A stretch of 60,490 nt of DNA from NCBI GenBank assembly GCA_031395755.1, contig JANNJO010000428.1, positions 1-60,490 of the forward strand, read 5' to 3'. Made by a program: the position numbers and the translations under genes. The notes beneath the pieces are model-generated. The model worked only from the letters and a program-made list of their open reading frames with translations. It had not been told where the DNA came from and ran no database searches. How positions within the stretch are numbered: the stretch's first letter is position 1; every line of letters begins with the position of its first letter. Origin of the DNA: Acidobacteriota bacterium (GTDB lineage Bacteria; Acidobacteriota; Vicinamibacteria; Vicinamibacterales; JAMQPK01). Below are positions 27,033-35,459 of the stretch, piece by piece.

Positions 27033-28163
27033 ATGCGAAAAGGGCTTGTCAGTCTTGCCGTACTCTGCATCGGTGCGGCGATCCCCGCCGCCCAGGCCCC
27101 CTACTACCCTCCTTCGGGGCAGTGGGCCCTCAGGGCCCCGGCCGCGGTCGGCATGGACGCGGCCCGGCTGGCCGAGGCGGTGGAGTTCATGAAGACGCAT
27201 GAAACGGCCTCGCCGGCCCGCGATTTCTCCGACCAGGAAGTCGTCAACGGGAAACTTCTGGCCTCGATTCCGACCGAGCGCGCCGCGACCAACGGGCTCA
27301 TCATTCGCCGCGGCTACATCGTGGCAGAGTTTGGCGACACGCAGCGTCCCGATCCGACTTACAGCGTGGCGAAAAGCATGGTCTCGACGCTCGCGGGCAT
27401 CGCCCTCGATCGCGGCCTGATTCCCGCGCTGGACCAGCCTGTCGCGGGTGTGGTGAAGGACGGCGGCTACGACTCGCCGCAGAACAGCCGCGTGACGTGG
27501 CGCCACCACCTGCAGCAGCAGTCCGAGTGGGAAGGCGAGCTCTGGGGTAAGAACGCCAACTTCCTCGGGCTCGAGGCCTTCGGCAGAGGGCAGATGAAAC
27601 CGCGGCACCTCCAGGCGCCCGGCAGCCACTACGAATACAACGACGTACGGATCAACCGTTTCACGTTGTCGCTCCTGCGCCTCTTCAAGAAGCCCCTGCC
27701 CGACGTGTTTCGAGACGAGGTGATGAACCCCATCGGCGCATCGACGACGTGGAAGTGGGTGCCTTACACCAATTCCTACGTGGACATCGACGGCAAGCGC
27801 ATGGCGTCGGTCGCGGGCGGCACCCGCTGGGGCGGCGGCATGTGGATCAACAGCCACGACATGGCGCGATTCGGCCTGCTCTGGCTGAGAAACGGCAAGT
27901 GGGGCGACCGGCAGATCGTGCCGCCGTCGTTTGTGAAAGATGCCACTACTCCCAGCGCGCACGGGCCCGACTACGGGTTCTTGTGGTGGCTGAACACCAA
28001 GCAGGCGCAATGGGCCGGCTCGCCCGCCAATGCGTTCAGTGCGAGAGGGCAGGGGGGCAATATCATCTTCATTTCTCCGAGCCACGATCTCGTCGTGGTC
28101 TGGCGCTGGAGCGCTCAGGCCAACGAAGGGTTCAGGCGAATCGTCGCCTCCATTACGAGCTGA
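27033..28163 (+). CDS. serine hydrolase (beta-lactamase/transpeptidase-like fold)
   Basis: SD GAAGGAGG at 27020-27027, then ATG 27033. Signal peptide, and an SxxK motif (YSVAKS). Confidence 0.85.
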   Translation: MRKGLVSLAVLCIGAAIPAAQAPYYPPSGQWALRAPAAVGMDAARLAEAVEFMKTHETASPARDFSDQEVVNGKLLASIPTERAATNGLIIRRGYIVAEFGDTQRPDPTYSVAKSMVSTLAGIALDRGLIPALDQPVAGVVKDGGYDSPQNSRVTWRHHLQQQSEWEGELWGKNANFLGLEAFGRGQMKPRHLQAPGSHYEYNDVRINRFTLSLLRLFKKPLPDVFRDEVMNPIGASTTWKWVPYTNSYVDIDGKRMASVAGGTRWGGGMWINSHDMARFGLLWLRNGKWGDRQIVPPSFVKDATTPSAHGPDYGFLWWLNTKQAQWAGSPANAFSARGQGGNIIFISPSHDLVVVWRWSAQANEGFRRIVASITS

Positions 28164-31035
28164 GAAAACGACACTGCAGCTTCAGAGCGATCTTCAAACC
28201 CATACGACCGGGGAGGTTCGATTCGATCGGATCTCCCGCGCTTTGTATTCCACCGACGCGAGCGTGTATCGGATAGAGCCGAAGGGTGTCGTGCTTCCGC
28301 GCTCGCGCGATGACCTGATCCGCATCGTGCGCATCTGCGCCGAGCACGGCTGTGCGGTGACGCTGCGCGGCGGCGGCACCTCGCAGGCCGGCCAGGCCAT
28401 TGGCGCGGGCGTGATCGTCGACACGTCCAAGTATCTCCACCGCATCATCGAGCTGAACGTCGAGGAGCGCTGGGCGCGTGTTGAACCGGGAATCGTGCTC
28501 GACGAGCTGAACGCGCAGCTCAAGCCGTACAACCTGCGATTCGCACCCGATATTTCCACCGCCAGCCGCGCGACGATCGGCGGGATGATCGCGAACAACT
28601 CGAGCGGCGCGCGGTCGGTGCTGTACGGGAAGACGATCGATCATGTCCTGGAGCTGGAGGTCGTCCTGTCCGACGGATCGGTCACGAGATTCCTGCCGCT
28701 CACGCGTGACGAGCTCGAGGCGAAGTGCGCAGGCCAGGGGCTGGAGGCCGATGGCTATCGTCTGGTTCGTGCCCTCGCGGTCGAGTACGCCGATGAAATT
28801 CAGCGGCGGTTTCCCAAGGTGCTGCGCCGCGTGGGGGGGTATAACCTCGACGAGTTCACCGATCCCTCGAAGCCGTTCAACATGGCAAAGCTCATGGTCG
28901 GATCGGAGGGCACGCTCGGCGTCGTGCTCGAGGCCAGGATCAATCTCGTTCCGCTGCCGAAGGCGAAGGCCGTCCTGGCGATTCAATTCACCGATTTGCT
29001 CGAGGCATTGCAGGCGACGCCGCTGATCCTGCGCCACCGGCCTTCGGCAGTCGAAGTGATGGACGGGTTCATCCTCGCTCACACGCGCCAGAGCGCGCAG
29101 CTCGATGCCCTGCGCAACAGCTTCATCGAAGGCGAACCCGGGGGTCTGCTGTGTGTGGAGTTCTACGCGGACAGACAGGAAGAGCTGCCGCCGCGCCTGC
29201 AGGCGCTGGAGCGCGATCTGCGCGAGCATGGCCTCGGCTACCGCTATCACCATGCGCTCGACCTGCCGGGGCAGGCCAAGATCTGGAGCCTGCGCGAAGC
29301 GGCGCTCGGCTTATCGATGGCGATGAAGGAGGAAGCGAAATCGCTGTCGTTCGTCGAAGACACGGCGGTCGCGCCGGAGCGCCTGCGCGAGTACATCGCC
29401 AGGTTTCTTCAGCTCATCGAGCGCCACGGCACGTCAGCCGGCATCTACGCCCACGCCTCCGTCGGATGCCTGCACGTGCGGCCGGTCGTGAACCTGAAGA
29501 CCGACGAGGGCGTTCGCAAGTTCGAGGCGATCGCCAACGAAGTCAGCGATCTCGTGCTCGAGTTCGGCGGCGCGCTGTCGGGCGAGCACGGCGACGGGCT
29601 CGTCCGCAGCCCGTTCATGGAGAAAATGTTCGGGCCGGTCCTGTATGAGGCGTTCCGGCGGGTGAAGCGCACGTTCGATCCGCAGGGCATTCTCAATCCG
29701 GGCAAAATCGTCGACGCGCCGCCGCTCACGTCGAACCTGCGGTTCGGCGGCGGCTACACCACTCCCACGCCGGTCACCTATTTCGACTACTCGGAATACG
29801 GCGGCCTGGGTGGAGCGGTCGACATGTGCAGCGGCCTGGGCGCGTGCCGCAAGAAGCTCGACGGCACCATGTGCCCGTCATACATGGCGACCCACGAGGA
29901 GGCGGACTCGACGCGGGGGAGAGCGAACGTCCTGCGCCTCGCCATGGCGGGCCGCCTCGGCGAATCGGGCCTTGGCGACGAGGGTGTGTATCAGGTCCTC
30001 GATCTCTGCCTCGAATGCCGCGCGTGCAAGGCGGAGTGCCCGGTGGGCGTCGACATGGCGAGATACAAGAGCGAGTTTCTCGCCGACTACTGGTCGCGGC
30101 ACGGCGTGTCGCGTCACGCGCGGGTGTTGGGCCACGCGCGCACGCTGGCGAAGTGGGGAAGCGCGTTCGCGCCCGTCTCGAACTGGGTGATGAACAGCGG
30201 CGTGTCGAAGTACCTCGCGGAGAAATCGCTCGGCATCGACAGACGCCGCGCCCTGCCGGCGTTTGCGTCGCGAACGCTTGCGTCCATGGCGCCCCGGGCA
30301 GACGAGCGCAGCGACGCGATCCTCTTCAGCGACACATTCACGAACTACTACGACCCCGAGATCGGCATGGCCGCGCTCGAGGTCCTTCGCGCAGCAGGGA
30401 CGCGAGCCGGAGTGGCCGAGCACCATTGCTGCGGCCGGCCGCAGATCTCCAAGGGGCTGCTTGGAGAAGCGCGAACGCTCGCCGCGCGCAACGCCGACGC
30501 GCTGTACCCGCACGCGCGCGCCGGGCGGAAGATCGTGTTCTGCGAGCCGAGCTGTCTGTCCGCGGTCCGCGAGGACGCGCCGTCGCTGCTTCGCGGAGCG
30601 GCGCGCGACAAGGCGAACGCCGTCGCGGCGGCGTGCATGCTGTTCGAGGAGATCGTCCAGACGGCCGTCAAGACATTGCGGCTCAAGGACGGCCCTGGCG
30701 AGATCCTGCTTCACGGCCATTGCCATCAGAAGTCGATGGGGCTGCTGGCGCCGGCCAAATCCCTTCTGGCGAGTATTCCCGGCGCGATGGTCGTGGACCT
30801 CGATGCCGGCTGCTGCGGCATGGCGGGATCGTTCGGCTACTCGGCCGACCATTTCGACGTATCGCGCGCGATCGGCGAGCGTAAGCTGTTGCCGGCGGTG
30901 CGCAACAAGAAACCCGGGGCCGTTCTGGTGGCCTCGGGCACATCCTGCCGCCATCAAGTGCAGGACTTCACCGGAGAGCGCGCCGTTCATCCCGCCGTCC
31001 TGCTTCGCTCACTGCTCGCAGGGGGCGCCGAATGA
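28030..31035 (+). CDS. FAD-binding oxidase fused to an Fe-S/CCG domain (GlcD-GlcF/D-lactate or 2-hydroxyacid dehydrogenase-like)
   Basis: FAD PCMH domain (RGGGTSQAGQA), 4Fe-4S motif CLECRACKAECP and two CCG motifs (HHCCGRP, AGCCGMAG). Start ambiguous: ATG 28030 overlaps the upstream gene by 134 nt. The only start-like in-frame codon after its stop and before the conserved N-terminus is CTG 28174. Confidence 0.85.
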   Translation: MRSVREGRGAISSSFLRATISSWSGAGALRPTKGSGESSPPLRAEKTTLQLQSDLQTHTTGEVRFDRISRALYSTDASVYRIEPKGVVLPRSRDDLIRIVRICAEHGCAVTLRGGGTSQAGQAIGAGVIVDTSKYLHRIIELNVEERWARVEPGIVLDELNAQLKPYNLRFAPDISTASRATIGGMIANNSSGARSVLYGKTIDHVLELEVVLSDGSVTRFLPLTRDELEAKCAGQGLEADGYRLVRALAVEYADEIQRRFPKVLRRVGGYNLDEFTDPSKPFNMAKLMVGSEGTLGVVLEARINLVPLPKAKAVLAIQFTDLLEALQATPLILRHRPSAVEVMDGFILAHTRQSAQLDALRNSFIEGEPGGLLCVEFYADRQEELPPRLQALERDLREHGLGYRYHHALDLPGQAKIWSLREAALGLSMAMKEEAKSLSFVEDTAVAPERLREYIARFLQLIERHGTSAGIYAHASVGCLHVRPVVNLKTDEGVRKFEAIANEVSDLVLEFGGALSGEHGDGLVRSPFMEKMFGPVLYEAFRRVKRTFDPQGILNPGKIVDAPPLTSNLRFGGGYTTPTPVTYFDYSEYGGLGGAVDMCSGLGACRKKLDGTMCPSYMATHEEADSTRGRANVLRLAMAGRLGESGLGDEGVYQVLDLCLECRACKAECPVGVDMARYKSEFLADYWSRHGVSRHARVLGHARTLAKWGSAFAPVSNWVMNSGVSKYLAEKSLGIDRRRALPAFASRTLASMAPRADERSDAILFSDTFTNYYDPEIGMAALEVLRAAGTRAGVAEHHCCGRPQISKGLLGEARTLAARNADALYPHARAGRKIVFCEPSCLSAVREDAPSLLRGAARDKANAVAAACMLFEEIVQTAVKTLRLKDGPGEILLHGHCHQKSMGLLAPAKSLLASIPGAMVVDLDAGCCGMAGSFGYSADHFDVSRAIGERKLLPAVRNKKPGAVLVASGTSCRHQVQDFTGERAVHPAVLLRSLLAGGAE

Positions 31036-32270
31036 ATCTTGCGTACGTCTCTCTCGGGGCGCTGGTCATCGCGATTCTGGTCAGCTGCTTTACCGAGCTG
31101 AACGTCGGGATTCTCGCCCTGGCCCTCGCCTGGATCGTCGGCGTGTATGTGGGCGGCATGCCGCTGAACGAGGTCATCAGCGGCTTCCCGGTCTCGCTGT
31201 TTCTGACGCTCGCCGGCGTGACGCTGCTGTTCAGTCAGGCGCAGTTGAACGGCACGCTCGACCGCCTGGCGCACCGCGCCGTGCGCCTGTGCCGCGGCAA
31301 CGCCGGGCTCATTCCGATCGCGTTTTTCATTCTCGGCTGCGCGCTCGCGTCGATGGGGCCAGGAAACGTATCGACGGCCGCGCTCCTCGCGCCGATGGCG
31401 ATGGCGGCGGCAGGACGCGCCGGCATACCGGCGTTTCTGATGATCATCATGGTTGGCAACGGTGCGCAGGCAGGATCCTTGTCGCCCTTTGCGCCGACCG
31501 GCGTCATCGTCAACGGCCTGATGGAAAAGATCGGTCTGGATGGCTATGAATGGTTTACGTACTGGACAAACCTGGTGGCGCACGCGGTCGTCGCCTTCGG
31601 AGGGTACGCCGTCTTCGGCGGGCTGAAACTCTTCAAGGCCGGGTCGATTGGCGCCGTCGAGCAGGCGCCGGAGGATGTACGGTTCGACAGGAACAACGTC
31701 ATCACGATGGTGGTGATCGCCGCGCTGCTCACCGGGGTGCTGTTTTTCGGGGTCAACGTCGGGATGGGCGCGTTTGCCGGCGCGGTGATTCTGGCCGTTC
31801 TGGGCGCCGCCGACCACAGGGATGCGGTCAAAAACATGCCGTGGTCGGTCATCGTGATGATGAGCGGCGTCACGGTGCTGATTGCGCTGATGGAGCGGAC
31901 CGGCGGGCTCGATCTGTTTACCGCGGCGCTGGCGCGGCTCGCGACGCCGGGCACCATTACGGGCGTGATCGCCTTCGTGACGGGGTTGATCTCGGTCTAC
32001 AGCAGCACGTCCGGCGTGGTGCTGCCCGCCTTTCTCCCCACGATTCCCGGCCTGATCGAGCGGCTGGGGGGCGGCGATCCACTGGCGATTGCGGCGTCGA
32101 TGAACATCGGCGCACATCTGGTCGACCTCTCGCCGCTCTCCACGACCGGCGCCCTCTGTATCGCAGCCGTGGCCTCCGGAGAAAACATCCGGAGCGTCTT
32201 CAACAAGCTTCTCGCCTGGGGCCTGTCGATGACCATCGTCGGCGCGATTCTCTGCTGGGTGTTTTTCTGA
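31032..32270 (+). CDS. anion permease of the ArsB/NhaD/CitT-type superfamily (dicarboxylate/hydroxyacid carrier-like)
   Basis: 412 aa, about 12 TM. The ATGA overlap with the oxidase stop suggests co-expression. The substrate is not inferable. Confidence 0.7.
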   Translation: MNLAYVSLGALVIAILVSCFTELNVGILALALAWIVGVYVGGMPLNEVISGFPVSLFLTLAGVTLLFSQAQLNGTLDRLAHRAVRLCRGNAGLIPIAFFILGCALASMGPGNVSTAALLAPMAMAAAGRAGIPAFLMIIMVGNGAQAGSLSPFAPTGVIVNGLMEKIGLDGYEWFTYWTNLVAHAVVAFGGYAVFGGLKLFKAGSIGAVEQAPEDVRFDRNNVITMVVIAALLTGVLFFGVNVGMGAFAGAVILAVLGAADHRDAVKNMPWSVIVMMSGVTVLIALMERTGGLDLFTAALARLATPGTITGVIAFVTGLISVYSSTSGVVLPAFLPTIPGLIERLGGGDPLAIAASMNIGAHLVDLSPLSTTGALCIAAVASGENIRSVFNKLLAWGLSMTIVGAILCWVFF

Positions 32271-32275
32271 CTGTG

Positions 32276-33352
32276 ATGAAAACGATGAGAGCGGTTGGTC
32301 TTTACAAATATCTTCCTGTCGAAGATCCGGAAAGTCTGCTCGACCTCGACATTCCCAAGCCTGAAGCCGCGGGGCGAGACCTGCTGGTGCGCGTGCGCGC
32401 GGTGTCGGTGAATCCGGTCGATACCAAAGTGCGTGCGCCGAAAGATAAAGTCGAAGCAGCGCCGCGCATCCTCGGTTGGGACGCCGCGGGCACAGTCGAG
32501 GCCGCCGGCGATCAGGTGACGCTGTTTCAACCCGGTGATGAGGTGTATTACGCCGGAAGCATCACCCGGCCTGGGTCGAACAGCGAGTATCACCTCGTCG
32601 ATGAACGCATCGCCGGGCGTAAGCCGCGCAATCTGTCGTTCGAGGACGCAGCGGCGATGCCGCTGACGACGATCACGGCGTACGAAGCGCTTTTCGATCG
32701 CATGGGCGTGGTCCGGCTAAAGCCGGACGCCACCAAGCAGGCAGCCAAGGAGCAGGTGGGGTCTGCCTTCAGGCGGACCGACGCGTCCATCCTGATCATC
32801 GGCGGGGCAGGTGGCGTGGGCTCCATCGCGATTCAGCTCGCGAAGAAGCTGGCCGGGCTGCGGGTCATCGCAACCGCGTCACGCAAGGAAAGCGGCGAGT
32901 GGTGCCGGTCTCTGGGCGCCGACGACATCATCAACCATCATCATGCGTTTCAGGAGGAGTTCAAGATGGCCGGCCTGCCCGAGGTCGACTACATCCTGTG
33001 CCTCAACAGCACTGAGAAGCACATCCAGAACATGGCTGACGTCATCAAGCCGCAAGGCAGGCTCTGCGCCATCGTCGAGACCAAAGGGGGTGTGCCGGTC
33101 AACATCAACCCGTTTCAGCGGAAGAGCGTCGCATTCTGCTGGGAGCTGATGTTTACGCGCTCGATATTCCAGACCCCCGACATGCAGGCGCAGCACGACC
33201 TGCTCAACGAAACGGCGGGCCTGTTCGAGAACGGCACGCTGCGCACAACCAGGACGACGGGCTTTGGAGAAATGAACGCGGAAAATCTCAGGAAGGCCCA
33301 CGCCGAGATCGAGCGCGGCGACATGATTGGGAAGCTCACGCTCAGCAACTAA
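32276..33352 (+). CDS. zinc-type alcohol dehydrogenase / quinone oxidoreductase family protein
   Basis: The C-terminal 358 aa of ORF 31550-33352, starting at the in-frame ATG 32276 (MKTMRAVG...). MDR pattern ILGWDAAGTV, PGDEVYYAG, and Rossmann motif IIGGAGGVGS. Confidence 0.9.
   Translation: MKTMRAVGLYKYLPVEDPESLLDLDIPKPEAAGRDLLVRVRAVSVNPVDTKVRAPKDKVEAAPRILGWDAAGTVEAAGDQVTLFQPGDEVYYAGSITRPGSNSEYHLVDERIAGRKPRNLSFEDAAAMPLTTITAYEALFDRMGVVRLKPDATKQAAKEQVGSAFRRTDASILIIGGAGGVGSIAIQLAKKLAGLRVIATASRKESGEWCRSLGADDIINHHHAFQEEFKMAGLPEVDYILCLNSTEKHIQNMADVIKPQGRLCAIVETKGGVPVNINPFQRKSVAFCWELMFTRSIFQTPDMQAQHDLLNETAGLFENGTLRTTRTTGFGEMNAENLRKAHAEIERGDMIGKLTLSN
32710..32734 (-). repeat. REP-like hairpin, reverse orientation, inside the ADH CDS
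   Basis: GGTCCGGCTAAAGCCGGACGCCACC is the reverse complement of the REP consensus with one substitution. Translated as VVRLKPDAT. Confidence 0.85.
32755..32779 (+). repeat. REP-like hairpin variant inside the ADH CDS
   Basis: GGTGGGGTCTGCCTTCAGGCGGACC. The stem GGTCTGCC/GGCGGACC keeps its pairing through a compensatory G/C swap plus one G:T wobble. Confidence 0.8.
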
Positions 33353-33365
33353 GAATTGAACAGAA

Positions 33366-33408
33366 GACCAGGAGATCAGGAGTTTTGAACGATTTGTCTC
33401 CTGAACTC
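33366..33408. repeat. octamer word element (family 2), locus I
   Basis: CAGGAGAT CAGGAGTT (33369-33384), then the 7-bp stem TCAGGAG/CTCCTGA (33376-33382/33398-33404). Shares CTCCTGAACTC with 57539-57549. Confidence 0.85.
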
Positions 33409-33409
33409 T

Positions 33410-33776
33410 TTCCTTGCTCCCCATTCCAAGCGCGCACGACACGATGGCCGCGCCTTGCCACAGTCGTGGCCGGCTGGAAGATTGGCTTCGCGCGGCGGCG
33501 TACAGCGTCAGCAGATAGAACAACCCGAACAGGAGCTCGGTGCGCTGGGTGAGGTAGTTCACCGCCTCGGTGTTCAATGGATGGACCGCCCAGACAAGCG
33601 CAACGTCAACGTGCGTCGCACGAAGCCAAGAGCAGCAGGGCCGAACCGAGATGGATCGCGATGTTCGTGACGTGATAGCCGGTCACGTCGAGATCGCCGA
33701 ACGCGAAATTGAGCGCGAACGTGAACCCGACCACAGGCCGGCCCGCCAGCGGAGAGTTAACGCGATCGGATGTCAC
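33410..33776 (-). pseudogene. remnant of a TMTC/PMT-like membrane glycosyltransferase (N-terminal ~120 aa, frameshifted and truncated)
   Basis: Two reverse frames read ...NSPLAGRPVVGFTFALNFAFGDLDVTGYHVTNIAIHLGSALLLLAS* and ...VALVWAVHPLNTEAVNYLTQRTELLFGLFYLLTLYAA...GMGSKE. They join with a 1-nt frameshift near 33600-33620. No first TM and no downstream domains are present. Confidence 0.5.
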
Positions 33777-33788
33777 CGCTACCCAACG

Positions 33789-34361
33789 ATGGCCCTGGCT
33801 CAGGCGTCTATAGAGTGCGTGACAGACGGCGAGCTCGTCGAGCAGGTGCGCTCCGGCAATAGCGCCGCGTTCGGGGAGCTGGTCGAGCGGCATCAGGGCG
33901 CCGTCTATCGCGCGGCGCTGGCGGCCCTGGGCAACACCGCTGACGCTGAAGATGTTGCGCAGGAGGCGCTGGTGCTGGCCTTTCGGCGGCTGGATCAGTT
34001 CCGCGGCGACGCGAGCGTCAGGACATGGATGGTGTCGATCGCGTGGCGCCTTTCGCTGAGCCGGCGGCGCCGGATGGTCTGGAAGTTGAGGCGCATGATG
34101 GGATCCGGTGCGGAGCTCGATGCGGTGCACGCGCCGACGCCTTCACCCGAGGCACGCATGCAATCGGTCGAGTTGATGGCGTCAGTGCGGCGACACATCC
34201 GGCAGCTGCCGCCGAAGCTCCGTGACGCGCTCCTCCTGACGGCCGCAGGCGATCTCACGCAGGAAGAGATCGCGTCGGCGCTGCAGATTCCCTCGGCCAC
34301 CTTTCGTGGGCGCGTGCGTGATGCGCGGCTGCGCTTGAAGCAGAAGCTGAATCAGACGTGA
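33789..34361 (+). CDS. ECF-type RNA polymerase sigma-70 family factor
   Basis: From the in-frame ATG 33789. Region 2 (DAEDVAQEALVLAFRRLDQF) and region 4 (LTQEEIASALQIPSATFRGRVRDARLRL). Confidence 0.85.
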   Translation: MALAQASIECVTDGELVEQVRSGNSAAFGELVERHQGAVYRAALAALGNTADAEDVAQEALVLAFRRLDQFRGDASVRTWMVSIAWRLSLSRRRRMVWKLRRMMGSGAELDAVHAPTPSPEARMQSVELMASVRRHIRQLPPKLRDALLLTAAGDLTQEEIASALQIPSATFRGRVRDARLRLKQKLNQT

Positions 34362-34879
34362 TGAACAACCAGGAGTGCGATCGCCTCATCGACCGCGCCG
34401 CCGCGCAGATCGTCGCGCGCGAACCGGGGCGCGCGTTGACGAGGGCCGTCATGGCGAGCGTCCGCGAGCCCGAAGCGCCGGTGCCCGGGCGATTCATCTG
34501 GGCGACCGCCGCGGCAACCGCGGTGTTGTGCGGCGCGATCGCCATCGCGGTGGTGAATCGAACGCCCGCGCCGGCCACTCAGGCGCCGGCTCCCGCGCGA
34601 CCGCTCGTCGTGCAGCTGGCGGTGGTCACGGCGGCTCCGCCTGTTCTGCGGCCCGAGACGGCGCGCGCGCGGCCGGCTGTGGCGGTGACGGTGGCGAACC
34701 AACGATCGTCTCCAGTACTGCTGCCGCCAAACGATGTCTCCGCCATCGACCCTCTTGAAACGGAGCCGATCAGCGTATCGGCGATCGAGGTGCCGCCGAT
34801 CGAGAACCAAACGACATCGATTGCGGACATCGGAATCGGCGACCTCACAATCGATCCGTTGGCGGCGTCCAATGACTAA
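34358..34879 (+). CDS. putative anti-sigma factor (single TM)
   Basis: Overlaps the sigma-factor stop (GTGATG). One TM (FIWATAAATAVLCGAIAIAVV). The call rests on position only. Confidence 0.45.
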   Translation: MMNNQECDRLIDRAAAQIVAREPGRALTRAVMASVREPEAPVPGRFIWATAAATAVLCGAIAIAVVNRTPAPATQAPAPARPLVVQLAVVTAAPPVLRPETARARPAVAVTVANQRSSPVLLPPNDVSAIDPLETEPISVSAIEVPPIENQTTSIADIGIGDLTIDPLAASND

Positions 34880-34891
34880 GGAGAGAGAAGC

Positions 34892-35419
34892 ATGAAGCGC
34901 TACGTTCCGTTCTTCGTTATTCTGTTGACCGTTTCCTCGGCGGCGCAGCAACCCGCACCGCCAAAACCACCGGCTGCACCTCCGGCTCCCAGTGCGCCCG
35001 CAGCACCGAAGCCGCCGCCGCCGAGCCCGGATATCGATCCGTTAAGGGGACAGCGCGTCAACATCCGCTTGGATGTGTCGGTCAGTGACCAAAGCGAAGT
35101 TGTGCCGAATCCGCCAAAGACGTTGATGGTTATGCTGGCGGACAGAGCGCTCGGGCGAACGCGCGGCGCCTTTGAAGATCGGTCGATCTCTGTTGACGCG
35201 ACGCCTATCATCGTCGATGGTCGCATTCGTCTGAGTCTCACGATTGAGAGCCGCGCCAATACCGGCCCTGGCAAGCCCCCACCCGATCTCACTCTCTTCT
35301 GGCAGAATTCCTTCTCGCTCCTGCTGGAGAACGGACAACCGATGCTGGCGTTTGAAACGTCGGATCCAATAGCCAAGCGGAAGCTCGCGATCGAGGTGAA
35401 GGCAACAATTCAGAAGTGA
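34892..35419 (+). CDS. secreted hypothetical protein with a Pro-rich linker
   Basis: Signal peptide MKRYVPFFVILLTVSSAAQ, followed by a PAPPKPPAAPP low-complexity stretch and a beta-rich domain. Confidence 0.55.
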   Translation: MKRYVPFFVILLTVSSAAQQPAPPKPPAAPPAPSAPAAPKPPPPSPDIDPLRGQRVNIRLDVSVSDQSEVVPNPPKTLMVMLADRALGRTRGAFEDRSISVDATPIIVDGRIRLSLTIESRANTGPGKPPPDLTLFWQNSFSLLLENGQPMLAFETSDPIAKRKLAIEVKATIQK

Positions 35420-35423
35420 CGCG

Positions 35424-35458
35424 TGACTGACGACCGACGACTGCCGACCGACGACTGT
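35424..35458. repeat. family-1 heptamer array (five units), locus C
   Basis: TGACTGA CGACCGA CGACTGC CGACCGA CGACTGT lies between the TGA at 35417-35419 and the convergent stop at 35460-35462. The 17-nt block 35432-35448 is identical to 15643-15659. Confidence 0.9.
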
Positions 35459-35459
35459 C

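Noticed and set aside
31550-33352. A 600-aa ORF, and similarly 13238-14569, read as full-length genes.
   Set aside because: Their N-terminal halves are Arg/Gly-rich read-through overlapping the preceding permease or ATPase genes. The recognisable domains begin at 32276 and 13595.
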